Origin: Rhynchobatus australiae
Lineage: Eukaryota
NCBI GenBank assembly: GCA_034780895.1
Contig: JAUZTB010000048.1
Location: 29,460,585 to 29,524,584, forward strand
Direction of reading: 5' to 3'
DNA length: 64,000 nucleotides
The translations under genes were made by a program, and so were the position numbers. Below are positions 12,871 to 24,647 of the stretch, in pieces. The notes beneath the pieces were generated by a model. The model had not been told where the DNA came from. It was given only the letters and a program-made list of their open reading frames with translations, and did no database searches. Within the stretch, counting starts at the first letter, position 1. Each line of letters starts with the position of its first letter.

Positions 12871-14924
12871 TTGATTATCCCATCCAATCATCAGTGTGTC
12901 TTAATCTTTTTGCCTCCTGTCTAATCTGAGATTTTTGGCCATACCCTGAAACGTATTTAACTGACTGCCATACATGTTGTTTAACTTAGATCAAGAATAA
13001 GATTTTCCTTCTGAATCTAGATATTATTGCCTTGGATTTACTTTGTCCTTGGAGTTTTACAGCTTTATTCTTTTATAAACTGCAACAAGAAAACAGAAAA
13101 CAAGAGCACATCACATTTTCCACAAAATGCTAAGGGGGAAAATCATTCCTTGATAAAGAACTGTAGTTCCTTGTATGTTACTGATTGAAAAGTAAAATTT
13201 AAAGTCGACTAACTTTGAAAAGCATCTGAATCCTGCAAAGCTCACAAAGTCATTCTGAGAGAGTGACGCTTGGTATGTCCATGGACAATTAATTATATTT
13301 GCTTGATTTCCAAGTTCAGCAATTAACTGGTCAACCTTGAGTTCTCAACAGAGTACTGTAGTGCTAATGGCAAATGAAGGATGGAAAATGCAGTGGTTTT
13401 TAATATTTTATTAGCAACTTGATGCTCATTTTGAGGCTTATTACCGATTCATGGTGGTAATTCTATGGAACAATTGGTAAAAGAAATGACTTGAATTGAC
13501 CTTCAGACATTTTTTTCAGAATAATGAGATTGTTTTAAACCCATAATTATTTTTGAAGAAGCCATTTCGCCAGATGGTAACTATCTCTGGTGCTGAAGGA
13601 GGCAGGGCAGGATATGTGTGGGCCTTTGGCTATAATCCTGACAAAACTGCTGAGTATCTGCTGAAGATCACAGAGCTAGAAGCATGAATATATAGTAAAT
13701 GAATTTATAAAGAGTGACAAATTTGTTCCAGACAACTGCAGGCATCTGCATAAAAGGGTAGATTCCTTCTGTCATAATGATTAGCCCATGTCCTACAAAT
13801 ATCTGTCATGATTTCCTTCAATACTGAATATTCGCTATTTTTAACAAGAATCAATGGACATACACAACCTTATTACAAATAATAGGGTAAGTTCTCAGGA
13901 ACAGACAGAGGAGAAACCGCACAGCTGAAATAGCTTAATTGAAAATAACATGATCTTGAAGGAGAGATTCTGTTGGACCAAGTTATTTGAATTCTTTAAA
14001 ATGAGTTGTTCCATATGAAGTAAAGAGTGATATATTTAAAGAACTGAGTTTCTGTCTTTTCGAGATGTGTANNNNNNNNNNNNNNNNNNNNNNNNNNNNN
14101 NNNNNNNAAAAGAATCAGATGACAAGGGAGCATGTTTAAAATAACAACAACTTGTATTTATACAGCACTCTTCATAAAGTAAAACTTTCCAGGAAGATTA
14201 ATAGGAGTATTGCAAATTATAGTCACACAGAAAGATGATCAGAAAGGGTAGATTTTAAGGAACATCTTGAAGGAAGAAAGAAGGGACAAAAGTGGGCTTT
14301 CGAAGGAGGATCTAGGCAGATGAAAGTACTTCCACTATCCAAGGCATGGAGCTTTCTTACAAGTGCTGGCTACCGTATAATTTAGGCTCAACGTGATTTC
14401 CTTAACTGGTTTCAACCATCTAAAAAGTTCAGAGAAATTTTTTTCAGTTTTTTTTCCCTCTGGTCGTCTGTGGCTTTGATCTAGATTTTGCCCTTTCCCA
14501 GAAGATTATGGGATTCTAGATGAGTAGAGAGGGCCCACATCCTGATGCAAAATGAGTGGGGGAAAAACTGGATTGACCAGTTCAGTTCTTCTGTTCAAAT
14601 CAGACAAATTTGCATATTATTGGACGCACTTTGCAAGAGATTCATTAGCCAATTCCCAGNNNNNNNNNNNNNNNNNNNNNNNNNNNNNNNNNNNNNNNNN
14701 NNNNNNNNNNNNNNNNNNNNNNNNNNNNNNNNNNNNNNNNNNNNNNNNNNNNNNNNNNNNNNNNNNNNNNNNNNNNNNNNNNNNNNNNNNNNNNNNNNNN
14801 NNNNNNNNNNNNNNNNNNNNNNNNNNNNNNNNNNNNNNNNNNNNNNNNNNNNNNNNNNNNNNNNNNNNNNNNNNNNNNNNNNNNNNNNNNNNNNNNNNNN
14901 NNNNNNNNNNNNNNNNNNNNNNNA

Positions 14925-15085
14925 TTGGGATAACTTAAAAAGGAAGTTGATAACTTTTTGAAAGATCAGGGAATTGGCACAAAACAGGAGAGGAGGCCTG
15001 GGGCAGATTAGCCATGATCATATTGAATGATGAGACAGGCCAAGTGACCTGCTCCTGCTGTATTTTCTAATGTTCTTATGTTCTA
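14925..15085 (+). mobile_element. CR1 LINE 3' end
   Basis: agattagccatgatcatattgaatg...cctgctcctg...atgttcttatgttct tail. Confidence 0.7.
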
Positions 15086-15954
15086 TTTAAAATATAATTA
15101 GACTCATTTTGGGAGATTTATTGTACAAGAATGAAGGATGCTCATGATGTTATTCCTGTTCCCTTTTGTACCTATTACTATATATGTAATAGAATCATAG
15201 CAATTCACAACACTGAGGTCTTTCTTGGGTTGAGAAAAAGCACGGATGCCATCTGTAGCCTATTAGACACAATCCCCAATTTACACAAAGTTGTTTCAGT
15301 GGAAGTAACTGCAGGAATAGTTTTGTTAGGATTAATGCGTTTGGAACAGATCATGTTGTCTGCTCTCTCCCGGGGGGTAATTCTGAACATCCAGGCATAA
15401 TGCGTGCTTTTCTATTGCTTTGGAAATAGACTATTAACGCTCATTACTTTCATCAATAATTTGGCCACAGCAGTAATTGGACCATTCATAACTCTGCTAA
15501 TGATACAAGTAAGTGCCCAAGAGTCAGTAAATTAAACTAAATCAATAGATTACAGGCTGATTGAAGCAATTCAGGGGAATAGGCATACGTGCAGCTTATG
15601 TCTTTTAATGTGGGCAGAAGCACAAATGCCCATTTGGAGTTAGGAAACTCCAGGCATGTTTGACAATCGCAAAATAATCAGCTGGAACTGCAGGGTTGAT
15701 AGTTGCTGGGAATTGAGACAATTCTGTCAAATATAAAGTAGTATATTAAAGCTAGATAAGAGTTGTACATCTGCATTTTGTGCATTGAGCAGATTTGGAG
15801 TCCGTCATGACGTTCCTCATATTGTATGTTTGCTTTTGTACAATTAGTTTCAAAGCATGGTTGGAATAGTTCAGGAGAAAAGGATGATGATCAGATTGGA
15901 AACAGGATACTAAAAGACAGGAAGGAATGGATCAAGTTTTAAATATATATGTGA

Positions 15955-16575
15955 ACATGAGAAACAAAGGACTGCAGATACTGGAATCTAGATGGAAAAA
16001 AAGATGCTGGAGGAACTCAGCAGGTCAGGCTGCATCCATGGAGGAAAACAGATGGTCAATGTTTCGGGTCAGGACCCTTCTTCAGGATAGGAAAAGGGGG
16101 AGCCTAATATATAAGGGGGTCAACAGAGCAGTGATAGGTGGACAAAAGAGGGGTGGCGGGATGGGCACAAGGTGGTGATAGGTCAATGCAAGTAAGAAAT
16201 GGTGATAGGCAGATGTGGGGGAGGAGGGGAGAGCAGATCCACCAGGGGATGGGTCAAAGGTGTGGAGGCAGGCNNNNNNNNNNNNNNNNNNNNNNNNNNN
16301 NNNNNNNNNNNNNNNNNNNNNNNNNNNNNNNNNNNNNNNNNNNNNNNNNNNNNNNNNNNNNNNNNNNNNNNNNAAAGGTGTGGAGGCAGGCAGCATGGGG
16401 GGGGGGGGGTGGAGAAAAAAATGACAGGAAGAAAAGAAGAGGCAAGGTGGTGGTGGGGGGGGCGTTGGTGATGAAGTGGTTGGTTTACCTAAAGCAGGAG
16501 AATTTGATGTTCATGCTGTAGGCTGCAAGGTCCCAAGACAGAAAATAAGGGTTGTTCCTCCAGTTTGCGTTTGGA
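15955..16575 (-). mobile_element. Penelope-like element 3' end (GIY-YIG C-terminus plus terminal repeat with hammerhead core)
   Basis: Minus strand reads KRKLEEQP../LGTLQP../MNIKFSCFR* with frameshifts, then a pyrimidine-rich UTR, then CTGAAGA-AGGGTCCTGACCC-GAAAC and the cctgacctgctgagttcctccagc terminal repeat. Confidence 0.8.
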
Positions 16576-17665
16576 TTTCTTTCTTGGTTTCTTGCCTTCA
16601 GCTCAACAGAGTACAAGCGAGTAGGGACTTGGAACAGTGCAAGACAGAAGGGGCTAACAGCTCCATGGTGCTATTTGGTAAACTTTAATTAATTCCATCC
16701 CACTACACTTTCCCTACAGCCCTATATCCCCCCTCCCCCGCACTTCAAATCTCCTGTGTTTTGTTTTCATTGTCTTGAGCAATTTTTTTTCAGGCATTAC
16801 ATTCCAGACCACAACAATTGACTTAAGTATTTTTTTGAAATGGTGTCCTCATGTCGGATTCTGTGTCTTTCAGTTAACAACCCACCACCACAAGAATCAG
16901 TTTGCTTTCATTTACCTTATTGAAATGATTTATCATTTTGAACACTTCCGTGAAATCTGGTGTTAACCTTCTCTGTTCTAAAAACAACTGCAGCTACCCC
17001 AGTCTGTCTATGTTACTGAAATCCCTCATCTTGAGCCTCATTCTATTAACTCTGTTCTGAATCTCTGCCTGGCCTTAATATTCCTTTAAAATTGTCGTTC
17101 CCTGAAGAACGTCCAGGATCTGCAGTTAGCAATGAACAGTGTCAACTCATCTCTAAAAAATGCACACTAACCTTTCACGATCCTCCCAATGGGTACTTTT
17201 AGAAACTGCTGGGAGGATGCCTTAATGGTGAGTCTCTGTAGCCAGAACTATCAAAACATTTTCAAAGCCTTAAAATACTCTGTATGCTTCAGAATGTCTT
17301 TGAGCCATTCAAACACGNNNNNNNNNNNNNNNNNNNNNNNNNNNNNNNGAAACAATCTAGGTTTCATACAAATTATTTTTATGTATATCTTCTTTAAACC
17401 ACTTATCTAAATGTCTTTAAACAAAGAACAGAATCAACAACCCTTAGAAATGTTTTTAAAAATTCTTACATTTAAAATAGGATTGGGTGAGTGATAGAAG
17501 CTAGGGGGGGAGTTGATGGGAATGTAGAGAGAACAGCTAACAAGGAAAATTTGCAGAAATGGGATTGCTCTGTGAGTCAGCACAGCTGAAACACCCTCCT
17601 ATGTCATAATGAAATATGGAAGATTTAAACGGAGCACCCCTCTAAAAACCTTTGAAATCACTTAC

Positions 17666-17887
17666 TTGACACTTTTTCAGCTTAAATTCAAACCAAAGGG
17701 AATTTGTGCCTCCTTTGAGCTGGCCAGGAAGTCTTCCAGTGAGGCTGGAGTATGTCTGTTGAGCATTTTTCCCTAGATCGTCTCCCACCCTGAACTTCAC
17801 AAGGAGCCCAGTGTTGGAGCATGTTAAGTGGCCCACCAGCGAATCGCCAACAGCAGTGTTCAGATTTCCAGAAAGCCAGAAGCTGCT
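17666..17887 (-). CDS. Candidate intact 222-nt exon (phase 0-0): SSFWLSGNLNTAVGDSLVGHLTCSNTGLLVKFRVG...WFEFKLKKCQ
   Basis: Acceptor cttcataacttag, consensus donor CAA|gtaagt, 74 open codons. May belong to the decayed minus-strand gene. Confidence 0.45.
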
Positions 17888-19704
17888 CTAAGTTATGAAG
17901 GATAATATCAGTGAACTAAACAATTTCACCAATGTTTCCCCATCCAGTACCCCTAGCTAAAGCCAAGCTAATATGTCACAAAAGTTACCTAAATTTCTTA
18001 CATTAATAAAGCCAAGAACTCCCAAATGCTTTTTAAACAGCTGCCTGAAATTTATATGCCAACTCCAGCAATTAAAGTACGTGCATTCCCAATTCTCTGT
18101 CATCTTGCACCCCTTTTAAATTTGTATTATTTAGTTTAAATAAAAAATGCATGACTTTCACACATCTCGTCTTTAATCAATTCCGTCATCAAATTCTTGA
18201 TACCAGTTTCAAGGTAAGACTCAGTTCCCTTGGTTTCACCACCTTGATGATATGGGTGATTCTAAACAGAATCTGACCAGGACCAAAGTGAAATGGCTGC
18301 TTGATGCATAAGTTGCATATCAAATGTGAATGCAATAGCCCAGTTTGAACAACGGGCATTATTGTCATCCTCTGCCGTTGATAAAAAAGTTGATGGAGCT
18401 ATCTTTGAAGTAAACTTCCTCTCTCTAAAAGCCAAATTGTGGCTTACAACTGCAAAATCAGTTTAGAAATACTGCCTCCAGCCTACACAAGAAAAAAAAT
18501 TGTTTCAAGCTGATTGCAGGTTTCTATCTGCTTTGCACCGAGGTAAATTCTCTCTCTATTCACCAGAATCTTTCATTGAATTGATTTGAGGAAATAGGAT
18601 GACTTATCATAGCTGTTTATTCTTTCAGTAAATGTGTTTATTATTCTGTTGTGAATGCCTGCACACTAGGCTGTATTTCAGGAAATGAATCCTGAAGTTC
18701 CAAAGAGTTCAGTATCAGAATGTTTGGGAAGTTGCATTAAACTGTTGTCAAATTCTGTTGCATGCATTTTGGAAAACAATCATTTCTGCTACTTATTTTA
18801 GTAAATTGCAGTTTAATGTAAAGATAAATTTTGTGATCAAAGAACACAGCCAATGAAGCAACAGAGCACTGGGAAAATTTGCCTGGAAATTGGACCCATA
18901 TTTTTTGTGTGTGTGACGTGTGCATGGAAGTCATTTTGCTTGCATTAGATCATGATGGCAATCATTTTCAGGTTCAATAGTGATCATTAGGAAATTGGCT
19001 AAGGATCTTCTGGACTCCAGTGGCACTGTTAATGTCATCTGGTGCATGGCAGCAATTTGCACAGAAATTACAGAGATTAGCTGTCAAGGAGCGACCTATG
19101 ACCTGTGTTTCCCTCACAATAAACCAGGAGCAAACCCCGCGACAAACTGGCAGATGCCCCTCTGGGACATTGATGTTTTGCCCACAGCTTCTACCAAACT
19201 CATTTTTCTGGCCTCTATGTCTGTTCTTAAGCATTACTGACAAAAATGATGACATCTCTATGTTATGCACCTCAGTGCCAGATGTTGCAGTTGCTGAACT
19301 CTTGATGACCTAAGTTTTCTCAACAGCTCGGTGTAATTCTCAACATGGAGCCAATGACTGCACTGGGGCCAGACCATCGCATTTCCAAGACTTCTTTGAC
19401 TATGGTGGGGCAACTGTAAGATCCAGAGGCAGCTCTGCTGAGGAAACGCATGAAGTTTTTGATATGATTGTGGTGAGGACCATATGAATGATATTTGATC
19501 CAAGTTTTTCACCATTTTCCTGATTTTCCTTTTTCTGGATAGTAAGATTAGGTACTAGCCCCATGTACCATATCAAAAAAGGGGGAAATGCACTCTCTAA
19601 GCAATTATGTCAAAATTGATGATGGTTTACTTGTAAAGGTATCTCTTTGTGATGGACGAACTATACAGGTTAGATTATAGAACAGTACAGCATGGAAGGA
19701 GCCA

Positions 19705-19835
19705 ACAGAGACTGCAGATGCTGGAAATCTGGAGCAACAAATAAAGGGGTTGGAGGAACTCAGAAGGTCAAGCAGCATCTGTGGAGGGAAATGAACAGTC
19801 GATGTTTCGAGTTGAGATCCTTCATCAGGACTGCA
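19705..19835 (-). mobile_element. Penelope-type terminal repeat with minimal hammerhead motif
   Basis: gactgcagatgctggaaatctggagcaac...ggaggaactcag...gcagcatctgtggag; minus strand AGTC-CTGATGA-AGGATCTCAACTC-GAAAC-ATC-GACT. Confidence 0.75.
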
Positions 19836-22517
19836 ACTTGGCCTGCTTATATGGTGCTAGCAGTGACGAACAGCAATCTGGTTGCTCCAACTCCTCCTGC
19901 CTCCTCTTTCCCTTCCTTCCTGCATTTTTGTTCTTCCTCAAGTGAAGCCCTTGATTCTGAGGCTCTGGAATCTCATTTACTGCTGAAAGAATATGATAAT
20001 TAATGCATTTCAAGTAGACACAATGTACATGTGAGAGCCTTTTGCTTGGCCCACCCTGATATATTTATGGATTTTTGTGAGGCAACAAAATATGGCTCCA
20101 TCCAATCTCCACCTCTGGAACACCGTTGCAACAGAAACTTGACAAAGTGGGGAGTGTGGTCAGATGTCCACACTAGATTGGGGTTGCAAGGTACTTCCTT
20201 TTGAATTCAGAGAGGGAAAGATTCACAAACCATGGTTCCAGTTCGGTGCTATTGCATTCCAGAAATATAATTAAAGAATTTGTAAAATACATGCAAAGGA
20301 TAGGTGTTGCAAAGGACAGATTTTAAGCATCAGAAACAGGAAAAACAAAAGACTGCTGATGGGTTCTGATTGACTTTCTGTACAGTTGAAAAATGGACAA
20401 TGACGCTAAGTTCTGTCACTGAGATTTTCACAAGCTTTACTGTCAACTTTTAACATTCAAGTGCTGTGTAAATAGTGTTGAGTGGATACAAAAATTATCA
20501 GAGGTATAAAATGACTTGCTGACTTGTGATTACCCGTTTTCCACAATGGTACGAAGACGAGAGTAAATGCATGGTGTTGGAGAGCTGTTCAAGACATCAG
20601 TGACCTTGAAATGGGGAAAGTGATAAATTAGACATGGTTCCTGGCTCCTTGTTACCATCCGGCGACCTTCTGCTGGGAACTGTGCGCGTGTGAATATGTG
20701 TAATTCAATACAGACCAGACACTAAACTTGGCCTACTTGACTAAGTGTTTTCCTAATCTACTTGGCTAAATGCCACACCATACTATACAATTTACTCACT
20801 GGGCTAAAGCAGATGCTTTGTTTAAGTGTTTAGTTCTCCACCCTGTTACTATTGGTGTGCATTTCCCCCTTAGAAATTACAATGGATAGATGACAGATGA
20901 GATATCATTTGGTGGCCTCAGGGAAAGGAGTGACAGGCTGGGGAGTTTTGCAGAGAGCTCTGAGGCTTGAGAGGTGGATCAGGCCTCGTGGCAGCTGTTC
21001 AAGTTGCAGTGTGAATCAATTACTGCAGCCTTGAGCAGCTAACTCAAGGCTTGCTACGTCCTCAAATGTATTAGAGGAAGGAGGGGATATTTTGCAGTTG
21101 AAGTGTAACAAAAATTATCATGGATCCTCTCTAATTATATCTGAAGCAGCAAGAGTTAATTGTCTCCCAACAAAGCCATCAAAACTAGCTTTCATTGATC
21201 AAAATGAAAATTGTTGGCATTTGCAAAACAGAGTAAAGTTGAATTTTGATAGCATTTTAATTTGTGCAGGTCACTAATGATTGAAAATCACATGATCAGC
21301 ATTATTATTCATTAATTTCTATCATCCAATACTGCAGAAACATCTGTGTATGACAGAAAATAGGGAAGATTTCCATTCCAGAAATACTTGGATAAGATGG
21401 GTCATTCTGGGTGTAATTCATTCTCAGACAGATTCACCCCACAGGAATTGCCATTTTTTCCACACATCTTCATGTCTAATTCAACACGAACAGATCTTCG
21501 TCAAGCACAGAATGTTCTTTGTTTTGATACATTTCTAAACACCATTGTGACTTTGTAAATTTTATTAACTGATTTTCAAAAGTATGCAGAAGATTTTTGG
21601 ACCATTAGGATATAGTGCGGGCTGTTAAGCTAAGACCAGTGATTGATAAGACCTGGTCACATTGCTTCATCAAAGCTCATTGGTATGCAGCAAACCATTA
21701 AACATTGCTTCTTATTTTTCCACATCCAGCATGCCAGAATTCACTATTCTAATTTTAAAACATCTTTGCTTGTCACCAAGGAAACCAGTGAAAAGGTACC
21801 AAAGACTGCAGGATAAGGGGAATCTGATCTCTTCCCACAGGTTATTCAGAACTTGGAGATCTTCAAGTATTAATAAACACAACAGTACAGAGCAGCCAAT
21901 TATTTATTACGGAACTAAATTAGAATAATTACTTATCATTCTGATTTCAAAACAGTTACGGAAGCTGCCAAAATTAATCATGACTACATTTACAGATTGT
22001 ATCATTATATTTAAATTAAAATGCTGAATACATTCATTACCAAGTAGTTAATATTGTGAGAACTCATCTTGGAAATAAATCAACTAAAAGAATATAATTT
22101 AAGAATCTAATGACCTTTCGGTAAATGATTACACAGAGAATAACAGATGGCAGGCGGTGTGAAACTTGAGCAATTTATAAATGTCATTTCAATTCCTTGA
22201 GCATGTTACAGGTTTTTAACACATGCACAGTTTTTATTTTATCGTCCCAGTTCATTCTTTTATATGTCTCCCCATTTCCAGATCTTCCAGGGGCATTGCT
22301 TGCTCAGTTGCATTCACAATCTATTGCCAAAGTTTGCGGTGCAGCTTTCTGTCAGGTGATGAGGACAGGTGTTAAACAACAGTCTATTGTTAGGCCTACA
22401 TTGTAATGAAATCAGCTTCCCCATCTGTACACAGCTGTACAGTATTTTAACTATCCTGCTTATTGTAAGTTGTGAATTGCCAAACATACTGTTGCCTTCC
22501 ACCCTGGTGTCAAAAGT

Positions 22518-22612
22518 AGAGAAACAAAGGACTGCAGATGCTGTCTGCTTATCTCCATAGATGCTGCCTGGCCTGCTGAGTTCCTCCAGCGTCACAGTGT
22601 TTTTCATCTGGT
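22518..22612. mobile_element. Short Penelope terminal-repeat derivative (two ends fused in opposite orientation)
   Basis: gaaacaaaggactgcagatgctg joined directly to tctccatagatgctgcctggcctgctgagttcctccagc. Confidence 0.6.
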
Positions 22613-23025
22613 TTCAAAAGTCTTCCCTGAGTAAATGAAGAATAATTTCATATTTTTGGGGGATGCAGAATTCATGTTGGAGGGGATCTATTTACAAATG
22701 TAATCTGCTGTATTTGATCCTGCTCCTGAGATTGACATCAGGCAGCTTTCAATTTTAAGCCCCATGACTGTGCTAATCAGGAAAATAACAGACCAATCGT
22801 GTTGACTAGTAGCCTGTTGTTCCAAATGAAACCACCAGCTTTCAGACATTTGCGAGTCAACATATCTTGGACACGTGTGTACAAGGTGAAAGGAAAAGTC
22901 TGGGATGAGCTAGATGCCAGATCCCAGCACATCTGACAGAACACTCTGACACTGGATTCACTGTTGAATTGCTGTGTGTTATAGTGCACAGCCAAGAAAG
23001 GATCCAGTGACAATTTCCCCCAATG

Positions 23026-23314
23026 TAAGATAAGATATCTTTATTAGTCAGATGTGCATCGAAACACACCGTGAAATGCACCTTTGCGTAGAGTGTTCTG
23101 GGGGCAGCCCGCAAGTGTCACTATGCTTCCGGCGCCAACATAGCACGCCCACAACTTCCTAACCCGTACGTCTTTGGAATGTGGGAGGAAACCGGAGCAC
23201 CCGGAGGAAACCCAGGCAGACACATGGGGAGAATGTACAAACTCCTTACAGACAGTGGCGGGAATTGAACTGGGATCACTGGCACTGTAATAACGTTATG
23301 CTACCATGCCGCCC
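23026..23314 (-). mobile_element. tRNA-derived V-SINE with Rex1-like (TCTTA)n tail, near full length
   Basis: V-domain ggaatgtgggaggaaaccggagcacccggaggaaaccc, head ggaattgaactgggatcactggc, tail taagataagatatctttattagtca. Related copies at 47047-47345 and 50530-50680. Confidence 0.85.
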
Positions 23315-23725
23315 TCTCACCTTAAACCTATGCCCTTTAGTTCTTGATTTCCGAACCCTGGGAAAAAGACCGTGCACGTTGACCTGATGTATGGTCCTCA
23401 CAATATTATACCCCTCGATAAGATCACCCCTCATTCTCCAACGCTCCTATGAGAAAGGTCCCAGCCTGCTCAACCTCTTTCCATAACTCAGTCCTTTGAA
23501 TCCTGGCAACATCCTCGTAAATCTCCTCTGCACTCTTTCCAGCTTAATGACATCTCTCCTATAAAATAGCATTTCTCCTATACTTCTTAAATGTTATGAG
23601 GATATTTGCCTCCACAGCCCCTCATACAGTACAGTCTAGATTCCAACCACCCTCCAGGTGAAAAAAAATCCTCCTCAGATCCCCTCTAAACCTCTTACCC
23701 CTTACCCCAAATCTATGCCCTCTAT
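23315..23725 (-). mobile_element. CR1/HER1 LINE fragments
   Basis: ctctcaccttaaacctatgccc...cctggcaacatcctcgtaaatctcctctgcactctttccagc is the reverse of the CR1 ORF2 C-terminus; a second short piece is at 23575-23725. Confidence 0.8.
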
Positions 23726-23860
23726 GTCCTCATGAAGGGTCTCAGCCCAAAACATCGACTGTTTATTTCCCTCCATGGATGCTGCCTGACCTGCTGAGTT
23801 CTTCCAGCACTCTTTGTGTTTAGCTCCACACTCCAGCATCTGCCAAATTTCTTGTGTCAC
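23726..23860 (+). mobile_element. Penelope-type terminal repeat (degenerate hammerhead)
   Basis: ctcatgaagggtctcagcccaaaacatcgactg...gatgctgcctgacctgctgagttcttccagc. Confidence 0.7.
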
Positions 23861-24454
23861 CCTCTGCCCTGGGCCTTGCCAGAGAGGTCCACGTCCCCCA
23901 ATAGAAAGAATAAATAAACATGAAACCATCCAGAAAATCAGACAGAACAAATTAATAAATCCTTCAGTTTCCTCAAGGGAAGGAGAGAGATCATTTTGGC
24001 TGCTATGATCCTAACTCCACAATGTTGGGAAAAGGCTCCCTTATTATCAGGACTATTGATTTAAATGGAAATGAGGTGAGTTTGGGTGCCTTGCAGTTAA
24101 TATCCCCAAGGTATCTTCATTCCAAAATCTCAGATCTTCTCAAAAAGTCAATAACCAATTACACTGCACTAAAGTAAAGGGACTTATTAGTGCAGATGAG
24201 CCTTACTGCTGAATTGTAACATTGGGTAACAACATTGCAGAGCTTAATGCTAAGGTTACTTGAGTCAGTAGTTCATTTATTGAATAAAAGTAGAAAATGC
24301 TGTAAGTACTCAGCAGGAGAGGCAGTGCCTGTGGATAGAGGAACAAACATCAGAGTTTCAGGTTGTTAATAGTGCTGATAATTGTTAACAATTAACCAGC
24401 AACGTTGATCCCAATTTGAGGGACAGAAATAAATTGTTTGTCCTCACCATTAAG

Positions 24455-24647
24455 TGTAGAACGTAGAACATGGAACAGTACAGCACAGGAACAGGCCCTT
24501 CAGCCCCACGATGTCTATGCCAAACACAGTAGAAGCAGATGTGACATTGCCATCTATGCTGAACAGGCCCTTCGGCCCACAAGGTCTGTGCCAAACATGA
24601 TGTAAAATTAAACAATATCTCTTTTGCCTGCTCATGATCCATATCCC
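24455..24647 (-). mobile_element. Two adjacent CR1/HER1 3' tails
   Basis: agaacgtagaacatggaacagtacagcacaggaacaggcccttcagccc, and a second aacaggcccttcggcccac. Confidence 0.7.
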
